A stretch of 64,000 nt of DNA, taken from the NCBI GenBank assembly GCA_028715115.1, contig JAQUSN010000001.1, positions 283,150-347,149 of the forward strand, written 5' to 3'. Positions 1-8,800 of this stretch are shown one piece after another (the first letter of the stretch is position 1; the number at the start of each line of letters is the position of its first letter). The notes under the pieces are model-generated. The model saw only the letters and a program-made list of their open reading frames with translations. It searched no databases and was not told the DNA's origin. This DNA comes from Patescibacteria group bacterium (lineage in GTDB: Bacteria > Patescibacteriota > Patescibacteriia > UBA2591 > UBA4787). The position numbers were made by a program, and so were the translations under genes.

Positions 1-1
1 G

Positions 2-685
2 CGCCTCAAAACAAACAAAAATAACGGCTATGAGCTATTTATAGGAGAAGACAAAAACAAAGATCAGTCATATTTTTTGTATCGCCTGCGCCAAGAGCAA
101 TTAAAATATCTTTTTTTTCCGCTCGGTGATTTAACCAAAAATCAAGTGCGTCAAATAGCCCAAAAAAATAAATTATTTACAGCAAAACGAGAAGAGTCAC
201 AGGAAATTTGTTTTGTTCCCGACGATAATTATCGCCAATTTTTATTAAATAACGGGCTAATTAATAAGCCAGGGAAAATTATTAATAAAAATAAAAAAAT
301 TATCGGTTATCATCATGGGCTATTTAATTATACGATTGGCCAAAGAAAGGGATTGGGTATTAGTAACCCCAGACCCCTCTATGTTGTTAAAATTGATATT
401 AAAAAAAATCAGTTAGTAACGGGTGAGGACAAAGAATTATTAAGTGATAAGTGTTTGGTTAAAAATGTCTCTTGGGTAAACGGTAAACCACCGAAAAAAA
501 ATTCTAAAATTACGGCTAAAATTCGTTATCACAGCTTAGCAACTAGGGTGAATATCAAAAAAGATGGCGTTAATTATATTTGTTATTTTGTAAAAAAACA
601 ACGCGCTATTACGCCTGGCCAGTCGATTGTTTTTTATCAGGGGCAGCGTCTTTTGGGCGGCGGAATTATCAATCGGAGCTATTGA
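2..685 (+). CDS. mnmA: tRNA-specific 2-thiouridylase MnmA, C-terminal part (5' end lies outside the window)
   Basis: The in-frame translation from nt 2 contains the KDQSYFLY motif and a C-terminal beta-barrel region typical of MnmA. No stop occurs before the ORF-track start at 77. Confidence 0.7.
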   Translation, partial: RLKTNKNNGYELFIGEDKNKDQSYFLYRLRQEQLKYLFFPLGDLTKNQVRQIAQKNKLFTAKREESQEICFVPDDNYRQFLLNNGLINKPGKIINKNKKIIGYHHGLFNYTIGQRKGLGISNPRPLYVVKIDIKKNQLVTGEDKELLSDKCLVKNVSWVNGKPPKKNSKITAKIRYHSLATRVNIKKDGVNYICYFVKKQRAITPGQSIVFYQGQRLLGGGIINRSY

Positions 686-732
686 TTAAAGCAAATAAAT
701 TTGATATTATATATCAAGTCTCTGAACAAGGC

Positions 733-805
733 TGCGGGATCGTCTAACGGTAGGACAGCAGCCTTTGGAGCTGCCTATCCTGGTTCGAATCCAGGTCCCG
801 CAGCC
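733..805 (+). tRNA. tRNA-Gln (anticodon UUG)
   Basis: The cloverleaf can be folded by hand: acceptor TGCGGGA/TCCCGCA with U1-A72 and a G73 discriminator (bacterial Gln identity elements), D stem GTCT/GGAC, anticodon stem GCAGC/GCTGC with loop CTTTGGA, and T arm CCTGG-TTCGAAT-CCAGG. CC is encoded at the 3' end. Confidence 0.8.
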
Positions 806-819
806 TTGTTCGGAAGTAA

Positions 820-922
820 GTCTAACGGCCCGCCCCGTAACGCCTGAGCGTAGCGATGGCGGGCGGGTAGGACAGCAGCCTTTGGAGCTGCCTATCCTGG
901 TTCGAATCCAGGTCCCGCAGGC
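820..922 (+). pseudogene. Truncated duplicate of tRNA-Gln (D arm to 3' end) with a 37-nt GC-rich hairpin insert in the D loop; no 5' acceptor strand
   Basis: Positions 866-920 are near-identical to tRNA-Gln 751-804, and 820-828 (gtctaacgg) repeats the D arm. The insert 829-865 (cccgcc...agcgtag...ggcgggcg) forms a hairpin. The upstream sequence cannot pair as an acceptor stem. Confidence 0.6.
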
Positions 923-1039
923 TTGGACGCAAGCGCGTAGAAGGTTAGGCGTTTTATCCTTTAATTCGAGGCTTTTTGAGCCTTGATTTTTTATAAAAAT
1001 TTTGCTATAGTGTAAATACAGCCATAAGGAGGCTTTATA

Positions 1040-1600
1040 ATGAATACAATCGTAACTTCCTCCCGAAAGATGTTATGGCAGATCCTGGCTCGATTGATTC
1101 CCAGGCCTAAACTCAGGGCGCTTGGTTATGAGTATGCCTTTAGGCCCGAAAGCCTCGAGGCATTCCAACTCGTGGCCGACATCGGTCCGGCGCCTAGGTA
1201 TTTTAGGCTTGAGTTTCATCCTTTCATGCATGCTGATGAGTGTCAGGCGGGCGAACCGTGGAGTGTGTCCGGCGACGAAGTGCGTCGTCGGGCCTTAGGA
1301 GAAGAGGGCGAGGCAGCTGGTCAGGCTATTGCTGAAGTGATCATGAGAAATCCCGATGAGCTAAGGGCTCTGATTGGATCTGGTCGAGCTACCGGGCTGA
1401 TCATGAGGGATGTTGATAGAGAGCAGACCATGCCTAGAACTATTCTTTTCCCGGCCACGGTTTGGCAACACAAGGACGGCACTCAGTTCGTTCTCGCCAT
1501 AATCTGTCCGGGAACCAGGCGCCAGAGACTGGTGTTTATTTCCTTGAATCAGCAATTCTGTGGGCCAGGATGTTGCACCGCGCATTTTCGGGCGAGATAG
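1040..1600 (+). CDS. Hypothetical protein (GC-rich ORF)
   Basis: 186-aa ORF at about 58% GC with an AAGGAGG ribosome-binding site 7 nt upstream. An extended -10 promoter (TTGATT-17-TGcTATAGT) lies at 982-1010. A hairpin terminator follows at 1675-1692. Confidence 0.45.
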   Translation: MNTIVTSSRKMLWQILARLIPRPKLRALGYEYAFRPESLEAFQLVADIGPAPRYFRLEFHPFMHADECQAGEPWSVSGDEVRRRALGEEGEAAGQAIAEVIMRNPDELRALIGSGRATGLIMRDVDREQTMPRTILFPATVWQHKDGTQFVLAIICPGTRRQRLVFISLNQQFCGPGCCTAHFRAR

Positions 1601-1674
1601 CTCATCCGTCTAGCTCCTGCCGTTTCATTGCGGCGGGAGTCTTTATATTTTTTTAATTTTAAAGAATAAAGAAA

Positions 1675-1692
1675 GAGGCCCGCAGGGGCCTC
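1675..1692. terminator. Bidirectional GC hairpin GAGGCCC-GCAG-GGGCCTC between convergent genes
   Basis: Perfect 7-bp stem, with an A-run upstream and a T-rich tract downstream. Confidence 0.5.
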
Positions 1693-1713
1693 TTCTGGTT
1701 TATATCTGCTCGA

Positions 1714-2469
1714 TCAACCTCCAATGATCGTGCCGATGAACTCCTGGCCTTCCAGGAGCTTCTTCAGATTGTTCAGGTCACCGGAGACGACCGCGACCTG
1801 GATGTTCCACTGCCGGGCCAGTCTGCTGGCTACTGGGTCGAAGGGGGTCGAAAGTCCGGGCGTCCATTCTTTGGGAATGAAGCTCAGATATTGCTCCCAG
1901 GTGAGATGGTCGAACGGCTTGGCGCTTGGGTGCTTCCGGGGGTCTTTATCGAAAACTCTGAGAACGTTGCTCACGTTGATGACCAGGTCGGCCATTGCCG
2001 TGCGGGCCCTCTCCACTGCGCACCAGTCTGTCGAACGGCCCGGCTTAAAACCGTGGCCGATGATTACTGGCTTGCGAGTCTTTACCGCAGCCGAGGGATC
2101 TCTGATCAGCAGACGATAGGCCTGATTTCCCAGGGCTACCTGCAAGAGTCGCGCGTTGAGCACCGTAGCTTCGATACCCACCTGGTCTCGCAGGGCGAGA
2201 ACTTGCCGGGCCTTAGCCAGGCCGTTGTACCGAGAGCTTCTTTGCGCAAGCATCTCGGCAACCCGGTTATAGGCTCTGGCGGTTGATCCACCACCGACCG
2301 TGACCAAATACTGATGGTCGCAGCTATGGTCGATCAAGAGCTCAGCGAACGTGTGGACGAACCAGGGGTCTAGGCTGATGCCCATACCCCGTTTAACGGT
2401 CACCTTCGGGTTAACCATCGAGCCTCCCAAAGAGACGGAGACCCGTCGGCCTACTTTCAGTATTGGCAC
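1714..2469 (-). CDS. pyrH: UMP kinase, archaeal type (amino acid kinase family)
   Basis: Contains VTVGGGSTARAY and GFKPGRSTD...VINVSNVLRVFDKDP, which match the archaeal PyrH signatures (VTGGGSTAR; GGxQPGQST...ATNVDGVYxKDP). GTG start with an AAGGAGG ribosome-binding site. The coding DNA is GC-rich. Confidence 0.55.
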   Translation of the reverse strand: MPILKVGRRVSVSLGGSMVNPKVTVKRGMGISLDPWFVHTFAELLIDHSCDHQYLVTVGGGSTARAYNRVAEMLAQRSSRYNGLAKARQVLALRDQVGIEATVLNARLLQVALGNQAYRLLIRDPSAAVKTRKPVIIGHGFKPGRSTDWCAVERARTAMADLVINVSNVLRVFDKDPRKHPSAKPFDHLTWEQYLSFIPKEWTPGLSTPFDPVASRLARQWNIQVAVVSGDLNNLKKLLEGQEFIGTIIGG

Positions 2470-2587
2470 TAATCCTCCTTTACGGATTTCTATGTTGATA
2501 TTGAAATAATAGCGTTTTTTGCTTGATTTGTCAAGGGATTTAATTAAAAAATTTTAATATTTTTTAATTAAATTTTTGATAACATAA

Positions 2588-2612
2588 AAACCGTGAGTTA
2601 ATCGCGGTTTTG
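2588..2612 (-). terminator. Intrinsic terminator (AAAACCGCG-loop-CACGGTTTT followed by TTTTT on the minus strand)
   Basis: Hairpin followed by a T-run on the minus strand, downstream of CDS 2664-3038. Confidence 0.4.
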
Positions 2613-2663
2613 TTTATAAGCGAACCCTCGGGCAGGACGCCCGAGGGGTTGAAATGAACTCTG

Positions 2664-3038
2664 CTAGACTGCCAGGATGGTTCCTTCAACCACCCCTTTA
2701 TTGAAGACGAGAGCAACGCGAGCGAGTCGCGCCAGTGTCTTGTTGCCAGGGTCGACGTCACGGACCTTTCGGCCATCATGGCACTCCAGTTGACCGAAGA
2801 GGGTCAGCACTCTCTCGTCACTGGCCGCCAGCGGAGAGAGACTTCGAATGCGGATGCCGATTCTTCCGTATTCGCTCTGGAATGTTACGATTGGCTCCTT
2901 CGCCGGCGAACAGACCAAGAGCGTCATTCTGGTTATGAAGGCCACTGCGTCAGGGGAGTAGGTCACGGCTACGCCGAGAGACAGCGCACCTTGCAGCACG
3001 TCTAACTTTTCCTTCGCTGGGCTATCTGTTGTTGGCAT
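2664..3038 (-). CDS. Hypothetical protein (GC-rich ORF)
   Basis: 124-aa ORF with an AAGGAGG ribosome-binding site 4 nt before the ATG. A divergent promoter TTGACA-16-TATAAT lies in 3060-3100 on the minus strand. Confidence 0.4.
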   Translation of the reverse strand: MPTTDSPAKEKLDVLQGALSLGVAVTYSPDAVAFITRMTLLVCSPAKEPIVTFQSEYGRIGIRIRSLSPLAASDERVLTLFGQLECHDGRKVRDVDPGNKTLARLARVALVFNKGVVEGTILAV

Positions 3039-3141
3039 AGATCCTCCTTTGTATGATTATATTATATCATTTCTTTGGCCTTTGTCAATAGACTGCTTGT
3101 CAGGTATATTTTTATCTGTTATAATCCTATTTATTGTTTTT

Positions 3142-3915
3142 ATGATTGAAGTTAAAAATTTAGTGAAAAAATTCGGTAATTTTGTCGCAGTTAATAATAT
3201 CTCCTTTTCAATAGACAAAGGAGAAATTTTTGCATTTTTGGGGCCAAACGGGGCCGGTAAAACTACAACTATAAAAATGTTGACCACCCTGCTTCATCCG
3301 ACTAGCGGCGAGATACTTTTAAACGGTTATAATCCGCTAACGCACCCCAGTCAAGCTCGCTGCTCTTTTGGTATAGTTTTTCAAGATCCGAGCCTAGACG
3401 ATGAATTAACGGTTTGGGAAAACCTAGACTTGCATGGCGTTTTATACAGCGTGGAGAAGAAAATTCGCCGTGAAAGAATGGAAAATTTACTAAAATTAGT
3501 AGAGCTTTGGGACAGAAAAGATAGTTTGGTTAAAACATTTTCTGGCGGTATGAAGCGGCGTCTAGAAATCGCCCGCGGGTTAATTCATCATCCGACGATT
3601 TTATTTTTAGACGAGCCAACGCTTGGCCTTGATCCGCAGACCCGCAATCATATTTGGAATTATATAAAAGATTTAAACGCTAAAGAGAAAATTACAGTTT
3701 TTTTAACCACGCATTATATGGACGAGGCGGATAAAATGGCTAATAAAATTGCCATTATTGATCAGGGTAAAATCAGTGCCCAGGGAAGTTCGGCGGACTT
3801 AAAAAAACAAACAGGCAAGGATTCTTTAGAAGAAGCATTTTTAACTTTAACCGGCCATAATATTCGCGAGGGGGGCGCGGATAAACTAGCCATGATGAGA
3901 ATGTTTCATAGATAG
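3142..3915 (+). CDS. ABC transporter ATP-binding protein
   Basis: Walker A GPNGAGKTT, ABC signature FSGGMKRRLEIA, Walker B ILFLDEPTLGLD. The ORF-track start at 3049 adds a hydrophobic 31-aa extension that overlaps a divergent promoter region, so the internal ATG at 3142 (MIEVKNL) is preferred. Confidence 0.8.
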   Translation: MIEVKNLVKKFGNFVAVNNISFSIDKGEIFAFLGPNGAGKTTTIKMLTTLLHPTSGEILLNGYNPLTHPSQARCSFGIVFQDPSLDDELTVWENLDLHGVLYSVEKKIRRERMENLLKLVELWDRKDSLVKTFSGGMKRRLEIARGLIHHPTILFLDEPTLGLDPQTRNHIWNYIKDLNAKEKITVFLTTHYMDEADKMANKIAIIDQGKISAQGSSADLKKQTGKDSLEEAFLTLTGHNIREGGADKLAMMRMFHR

Positions 3916-4002
3916 GAGTTTGGGTTACTCCGCCTTGGCGGAGTGCTCAAAATTATACCTGCCTGCCGGCAGGCAGGGAAAAAATTTATTCACTTCATTC
4001 TA

Positions 4003-4025
4003 AATTTTTTAATAATTTTGGCATG
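4003..4025 (+). promoter_or_regulatory. Repeated module tttttaataattttggcATG (a -10-like TAATAAT 7 nt before the start codon). A second copy lies at 61163-61185
   Basis: A 22-nt identical sequence precedes the ABC permease and tsaD. The larger roughly 90-nt context (hairpin, tgctcaaaattat, ggaaaaaattta) is also shared between 3930-4025 and 61090-61185. Confidence 0.4.
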
Positions 4026-4772
4026 CAAGTTATTTATATTCTTTGGTTAAGACAAATTAAAAGATATTTACGGTCAAAATCGAGAATTGTCGGCTCGCTT
4101 GGTCAGCCTTTATTATTTTTAATTGCTTTAGGTTTTGGGTTCGGACCGATTTATCAGCAAGCTGGCGGTGGTAATTATTTGCAATTTTTAACGCCGGGCA
4201 TTATTGCCATGAGTATTTTATTTACCGCGCTATTTTCCGGTATTGAAATAATTTGGGATCGGCAGTTCGGATTCTTAAAAGAAACCATGGTTGCTCCGGT
4301 TTCTCGCCTTAAAATTATGCTTGGCCGGACCTTGGGCGGCGCTACCGTGGCCACTTTACAGGGCTTGATAGTTTTTATTATTTCTATGCTAATAGGCTTT
4401 CACTCAGAGAGGCCAGCTTTGATTCTTTTAACTGTTTTTATAATGTTTTTTATCGCGCTTTTATTTGCTTCGTTGGGTACCGTCATTGCCGCTTTGCTGA
4501 AAGATATGCAAGGATTTCAATTGATTATGAATTTTTTGGTTATGCCAATCTTCTTCTTGTCCGGCGCGCTTTTCCCACTCAAAGGCTTGCCGCCCGCGAT
4601 TGGCACCATTACGAGGTTTGATCCGCTTTCTTATGGAGTAGACGCCCTAAGAGGGTCCTTGATTGTTGGTGGCAGTCATTTCGGTCTGTTAACCGATTCG
4701 ATAGTGCTGGTTTTAATCGTAGCTGCTTTGCTTTATTTGGGCAGTTATTTATTTTCCAAAATGCAGGCTTAA
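4023..4772 (+). CDS. ABC-2 type transporter permease
   Basis: Six predicted transmembrane segments with ABC-2 family topology, immediately downstream of the ATP-binding subunit. Confidence 0.6.
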   Translation: MQVIYILWLRQIKRYLRSKSRIVGSLGQPLLFLIALGFGFGPIYQQAGGGNYLQFLTPGIIAMSILFTALFSGIEIIWDRQFGFLKETMVAPVSRLKIMLGRTLGGATVATLQGLIVFIISMLIGFHSERPALILLTVFIMFFIALLFASLGTVIAALLKDMQGFQLIMNFLVMPIFFLSGALFPLKGLPPAIGTITRFDPLSYGVDALRGSLIVGGSHFGLLTDSIVLVLIVAALLYLGSYLFSKMQA

Positions 4773-4830
4773 AAATTTAGTAAAACTAAAATCGGTTTTT
4801 GTTAAACCGATTTTTAATATATATAATTTA

Positions 4831-7368
4831 TTAGAAAGCAACAGGAACAGGATTAACCAAATTAATATTAACCATTGCTTCGTTATTATTATCAATGTCG
4901 TCGTAGGCTACAATTTTTATTTGATGAGGGCCGGAAGAATATCCGCTTACATTTATAGGGCATGACCAAGGAGCACTATAAGAAATAGCAGCTTGATTAT
5001 TATCAAGGAAGCATTCGACGCGGTTAATTCCGCGCGGCGCGAAAGCGGCGATGTTTACATTAATTAATTGATCGCTAACATAGGCTGCTTCGCTTGGGGA
5101 GGTGATAGTGACTGATGGTTTATTGGCCAAGGTGTGTACGTCATCATATTCGGTTGGCGGCAAATCAGCTTTAATATTATTTTTTGTCATCCAATTACGC
5201 ACGGCTTCTTCCCAGCGGCTATATTGGGGGTCGCTAGACGGATTTATTGGGACTGGGCCGTTAGGATTGTTCTTGTCGACGTATTGCAAAATACTATGAT
5301 AATCATGATAAGATTTTTCTATAATATAACTAGCGGGCGTTAACTCGGTCGCCAGTTTGCCCGACGCTTTATCAATTTTGACCATAGTTTTTCCAGGAAC
5401 ATCGCCAATTAACACTGGATTGCCAGGGTTAACCGGATCTGGCGAGGTAAAATATTCAATAGGTGAATTTGCCAAAGCGCGAACCATGAAATTATGCCAA
5501 ATCGGCGCAGCTACTACAACGCCATCAGCCTGTTTTTTCATTTGAGCGTTGTCATTATTGCCAACCCAAACTCCGCAGGCTAAACTCGGCGTAAAACCCA
5601 TAGTCCAACCATCAACCCAATCATTGGTCGTGCCTGTTTTGGCCGCGACTGGTCGGTCGCCCAAATAAAGAGGCGAGTTGGCGCCGAATATAAATGTTCG
5701 GGCCTGGTTATCAGTTAAAATACTATTAGTTAATCGGGCCACTTGCGTCGGCAAAACTTCCTCAGGTTGATAGTCACTATTCTTCCACTCTTCCAAGACG
5801 TTTCCTTGGCTATCTTCAACTTTCAAAATTGCGCTGGTGGTAATTTTTTTGCCCTCACGCGCCAAGGTGGCAAAGGCTTGAGTATGCTCTAATAATTTTA
5901 CTTCTGCTCCGCCCAGAGCTAGCGATAAACCATAACGACTCGGATCGTTCAGGGTCGTGTAGTCCATTTTTTGCGCTAAGTTTAAAACATTATTTACGCC
6001 AGTTAGGTATAGAGTTTCTACGGCAGGAATATTAAGCGATCCGGCCAGGGCTTGGCGCATAGTGACGGGCCCGCGTTCTTTGCCGTCATAATCATGCGGG
6101 ATATAATTTTTTCCATTTGGCCCGGCTGGACCAAAATTAGTTTCAACGTCAAAGAGCGGCGTATCTGGTGTATAGCCCTTTTCAAAAGCGGCACTATAAA
6201 TGATTGGTTTGATTGATGAGCCGGGTTGTCGCGGGCTTAGGGTCACATTAACTTGTCCATCAATAGAGTCATCAAAGAAATCTTTAGAGCCGACCATAAC
6301 CAGAATTTGTCCAGTTTTAACATCAAGCGCCACCATGGCCGCGTTATTGGCGCCAAAGTTTTTTGCGTTTTTTTCTGCCTGTTTAGTCACTTCTTCTTCA
6401 GCAATTTTTTGTTTTTCAACGTCGAGCGTAGTTGTGATTTTCAGTCCGCCCTGTTCTACCAAGCGTGTGCCGTATTTTTCTGATAATAATTCTTTGATAT
6501 ACATGACAAAATGAGGCGCTAAGATGCTTTCATGTCTGGGCGCTATTTTTTTAAGCGTATCAATATTCTTTGCGGCTTCGGCGCGTTCGTTATTAATATA
6601 ACCATCTTTAACCATTAAATCTAAAATAAAATTTTTGCGGCCGACTAGCTCGTCGCGATGTTCTCCGTTAGGCGAATAATAGGTCGGTGCTTTGGGTATG
6701 GCCGCCAAAAGAGCCGATTCATCCAGGGTCAGGTCGCGGGCTGATTTAGCAAAATACATTTGGCTGGCCTCTTCAATGCCATAGGCATTGGAACCATAGG
6801 GAATCTCATTAAAATACATTTGTAAAATTTGATCTTTAGAGAATTTTTTTTCAATTTGATAGGCTAACAACAATTCTCTAATCTTTCTCGTATAACTTTT
6901 AGTATTGGTTAATAGGGCATTTTTAATGAATTGTTGGGTAATCGTTGAACCGCCTTGCGCTTTTCTTAAATTGATAATATCGGTAATAACGGCCCGAACG
7001 ATACCCCTTAAATCAAAGCCGGGGTGTTTATAAAAATCTTTGTCTTCAACTACGATAGTGGCGTAAACCACGTCGCGAGGAATATCTTGGAGGGGAATAA
7101 GTGTGCGGCGTTGATCGGTAAAAATTTCATAAAGTAATGTTTTGCCGGTGCGGTCATAGATTTTAGTGCTTTGAGCGATCGACCGATCCAATAATTTATT
7201 CGGATTAGGCAAGGTGATGCCTAGCCAGACAAAATTTAAAATTAAAAAAACTACGCCCAAAATAGCCAAAAGTAAAATAAAAAGAAATAATCTTTTCATT
7301 ATTCCGCCTTTGACCTTATGAACGCCTTTAATGGCTTGGCTTCTCCAGTTTGACAGTTTTTTCTTCAT
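4831..7368 (-). CDS. Class A penicillin-binding protein (PBP1A; transglycosylase plus transpeptidase) with a C-terminal extension
   Basis: Transglycosylase motifs (EDKDFYKHPG, GGSTITQQ) and transpeptidase motifs (SxxK-like SIKP, KTG). N-terminal transmembrane anchor. An alternative start at 7299 (MKRLFLF) sits behind a plausible ribosome-binding site. Confidence 0.75.
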   Translation of the reverse strand: MKKKLSNWRSQAIKGVHKVKGGIMKRLFLFILLLAILGVVFLILNFVWLGITLPNPNKLLDRSIAQSTKIYDRTGKTLLYEIFTDQRRTLIPLQDIPRDVVYATIVVEDKDFYKHPGFDLRGIVRAVITDIINLRKAQGGSTITQQFIKNALLTNTKSYTRKIRELLLAYQIEKKFSKDQILQMYFNEIPYGSNAYGIEEASQMYFAKSARDLTLDESALLAAIPKAPTYYSPNGEHRDELVGRKNFILDLMVKDGYINNERAEAAKNIDTLKKIAPRHESILAPHFVMYIKELLSEKYGTRLVEQGGLKITTTLDVEKQKIAEEEVTKQAEKNAKNFGANNAAMVALDVKTGQILVMVGSKDFFDDSIDGQVNVTLSPRQPGSSIKPIIYSAAFEKGYTPDTPLFDVETNFGPAGPNGKNYIPHDYDGKERGPVTMRQALAGSLNIPAVETLYLTGVNNVLNLAQKMDYTTLNDPSRYGLSLALGGAEVKLLEHTQAFATLAREGKKITTSAILKVEDSQGNVLEEWKNSDYQPEEVLPTQVARLTNSILTDNQARTFIFGANSPLYLGDRPVAAKTGTTNDWVDGWTMGFTPSLACGVWVGNNDNAQMKKQADGVVVAAPIWHNFMVRALANSPIEYFTSPDPVNPGNPVLIGDVPGKTMVKIDKASGKLATELTPASYIIEKSYHDYHSILQYVDKNNPNGPVPINPSSDPQYSRWEEAVRNWMTKNNIKADLPPTEYDDVHTLANKPSVTITSPSEAAYVSDQLINVNIAAFAPRGINRVECFLDNNQAAISYSAPWSCPINVSGYSSGPHQIKIVAYDDIDNNNEAMVNINLVNPVPVAF

Positions 7369-7467
7369 AATAAAGATTTAACGCGTTTAGTATAACAGAA
7401 CAAAAATTTAAGGCAAGCGAGCTTGCCAGTTGACCTTATTTCTTAAATCCGTTATATTTTAAATAAT

Positions 7468-8712
7468 ATGATAAATACAGATCAAGTTAAAATTGAGCAA
7501 TTACTTAGCCGTGGCGTTGAAAATGTTTATCCTAATCGCGAATTTTTGGCTAAACTTTTATCATTGGGCAAACGATTGACCTTATATACTGGTTATGACC
7601 CGACTGCGCCGACCCTGCACATTGGCCACGCTATTACTATGTTAAAATTGCGCGAATTTCAGGATTTGGGACATAAGGTTATTATGTTGATTGGAGATTT
7701 TACCGGTATGATTGGCGATCCGACCGACAAGAGCGCGACGAGAAAACAATTGACGCGGCAACAGGTTTTAAATAATTGCCAAGAATATAAAAAACAAGCT
7801 TCGACTATTTTAAATTTTAAAGGCAAAAATCCGGTTGAAGTAAAATATAATAGCAAGTGGCTGGCAAAATTAAACTTTGCTGATGTTTTGGAGTTAACTT
7901 CCCATTTTACGGTTCAGCAAATGTTAGTTAGAGACATGTTTCAAGAAAGAATGAAACAGTCGCGGTCAATTCATGTTCACGAATTTTTATATCCGGTGAT
8001 GCAGGCTTATGACTGCGTGGCTATGGATGTTGACGGAGAAGTGGGCGGCAATGATCAAACTTTTAATATGCTGGCTGGCCGCGATTTGATGAAACAATTG
8101 AAAAATAAAGAAAAATTTGTGCTTACTACCAAACTTTTAACCGATAGTAGTGGATTAAAAATGGGCAAGACAGAAGGCAATATGATTTCTTTGTCTGATT
8201 CGGCTAAAGATATGTACGGCAAAACAATGGCCTTGAGTGATGATTTAATTGTCAGAAGCTTTGAAATCGCCACGCGCATACCCGTGGAGCGAGTCAAAGA
8301 AATAGAACGGCTTTTAAAAAGCGGTGCTAATCCGCGCGATCTTAAGGCAGAGTTGGCCTATGAAATAGTTAAGATCTATTACGGCGAAACCGAGGCTAAG
8401 GTTGCGCGAGAAGAATTCGATAAAATCTATACTAAAAAAGATTACCCAATGACGCCCGTTGTCATAAAGGCACGCGTTAAACCAGATAATCTTTTGGGTA
8501 TATTATGGGAATTAAATTTATCTTTAGAATTAGGTCGTTTCCCAAGTAAAACCGAGGCTAAGCGTTTGATTGAGCAAGGGTCAATTAAGGTTAATGATCA
8601 AGTCGTGAAGGATTGGGCCAAGAAAATAGACGTGGAGAATGGTCAAAAAATAGATATTAAAATCGGAGGCAAGCATCCAGGAGAATATTCGATAACCTGG
8701 CTTGACAAATAA
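7468..8712 (+). CDS. tyrS: Tyrosine--tRNA ligase
   Basis: HIGH motif (TLHIGHAI), KMSKS-type motif (KMGKT), and a C-terminal S4-like domain. Confidence 0.75.
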   Translation: MINTDQVKIEQLLSRGVENVYPNREFLAKLLSLGKRLTLYTGYDPTAPTLHIGHAITMLKLREFQDLGHKVIMLIGDFTGMIGDPTDKSATRKQLTRQQVLNNCQEYKKQASTILNFKGKNPVEVKYNSKWLAKLNFADVLELTSHFTVQQMLVRDMFQERMKQSRSIHVHEFLYPVMQAYDCVAMDVDGEVGGNDQTFNMLAGRDLMKQLKNKEKFVLTTKLLTDSSGLKMGKTEGNMISLSDSAKDMYGKTMALSDDLIVRSFEIATRIPVERVKEIERLLKSGANPRDLKAELAYEIVKIYYGETEAKVAREEFDKIYTKKDYPMTPVVIKARVKPDNLLGILWELNLSLELGRFPSKTEAKRLIEQGSIKVNDQVVKDWAKKIDVENGQKIDIKIGGKHPGEYSITWLDK

Positions 8713-8800
8713 AACAAAGGTGATAGTATATTGAATATTAATGATATCTTCATGTAGGTATCTTTAATATTAATTAGTAAAAGCAGAGATTTTAAAAACT

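Noticed and set aside
820-922. The 37-38 nt inserts in the tRNA copies read as genuine tRNA introns
   Set aside because: Both copies lack a 5' acceptor strand and an intact D arm, so they cannot form functional pre-tRNAs; a duplication or remnant is more consistent with the sequence.
765-986. A 73-aa ORF spanning tRNA-Gln and its partial duplicate
   Set aside because: It runs through tRNA sequence and GC hairpins and is repetitive because of the duplication; it is a spurious ORF.
1361-3005. Overlapping alternative-frame ORFs (1361-1585 minus, 1462-1656, 1724-2119, 1891-2286, 2735-2938, 2778-3005)
   Set aside because: High GC suppresses stop codons. They overlap better-supported ORFs that have ribosome-binding sites and, in one case, a family match.
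3049-3141. The N-terminal 31-aa extension of the ABC ATPase
   Set aside because: It overlaps divergent promoter elements and reads as a hydrophobic low-complexity translation of AT-rich DNA; the internal ATG at 3142 gives the canonical ABC N-terminus.
5102-6514. Antisense ORFs inside PBP1A (and similarly inside smc, infB, gyrA, pnp, mreB and the pilin-like gene)
   Set aside because: They are embedded opposite to, or out of frame with, strongly supported long genes; they have no ribosome-binding sites and their composition is typical of shadow ORFs.
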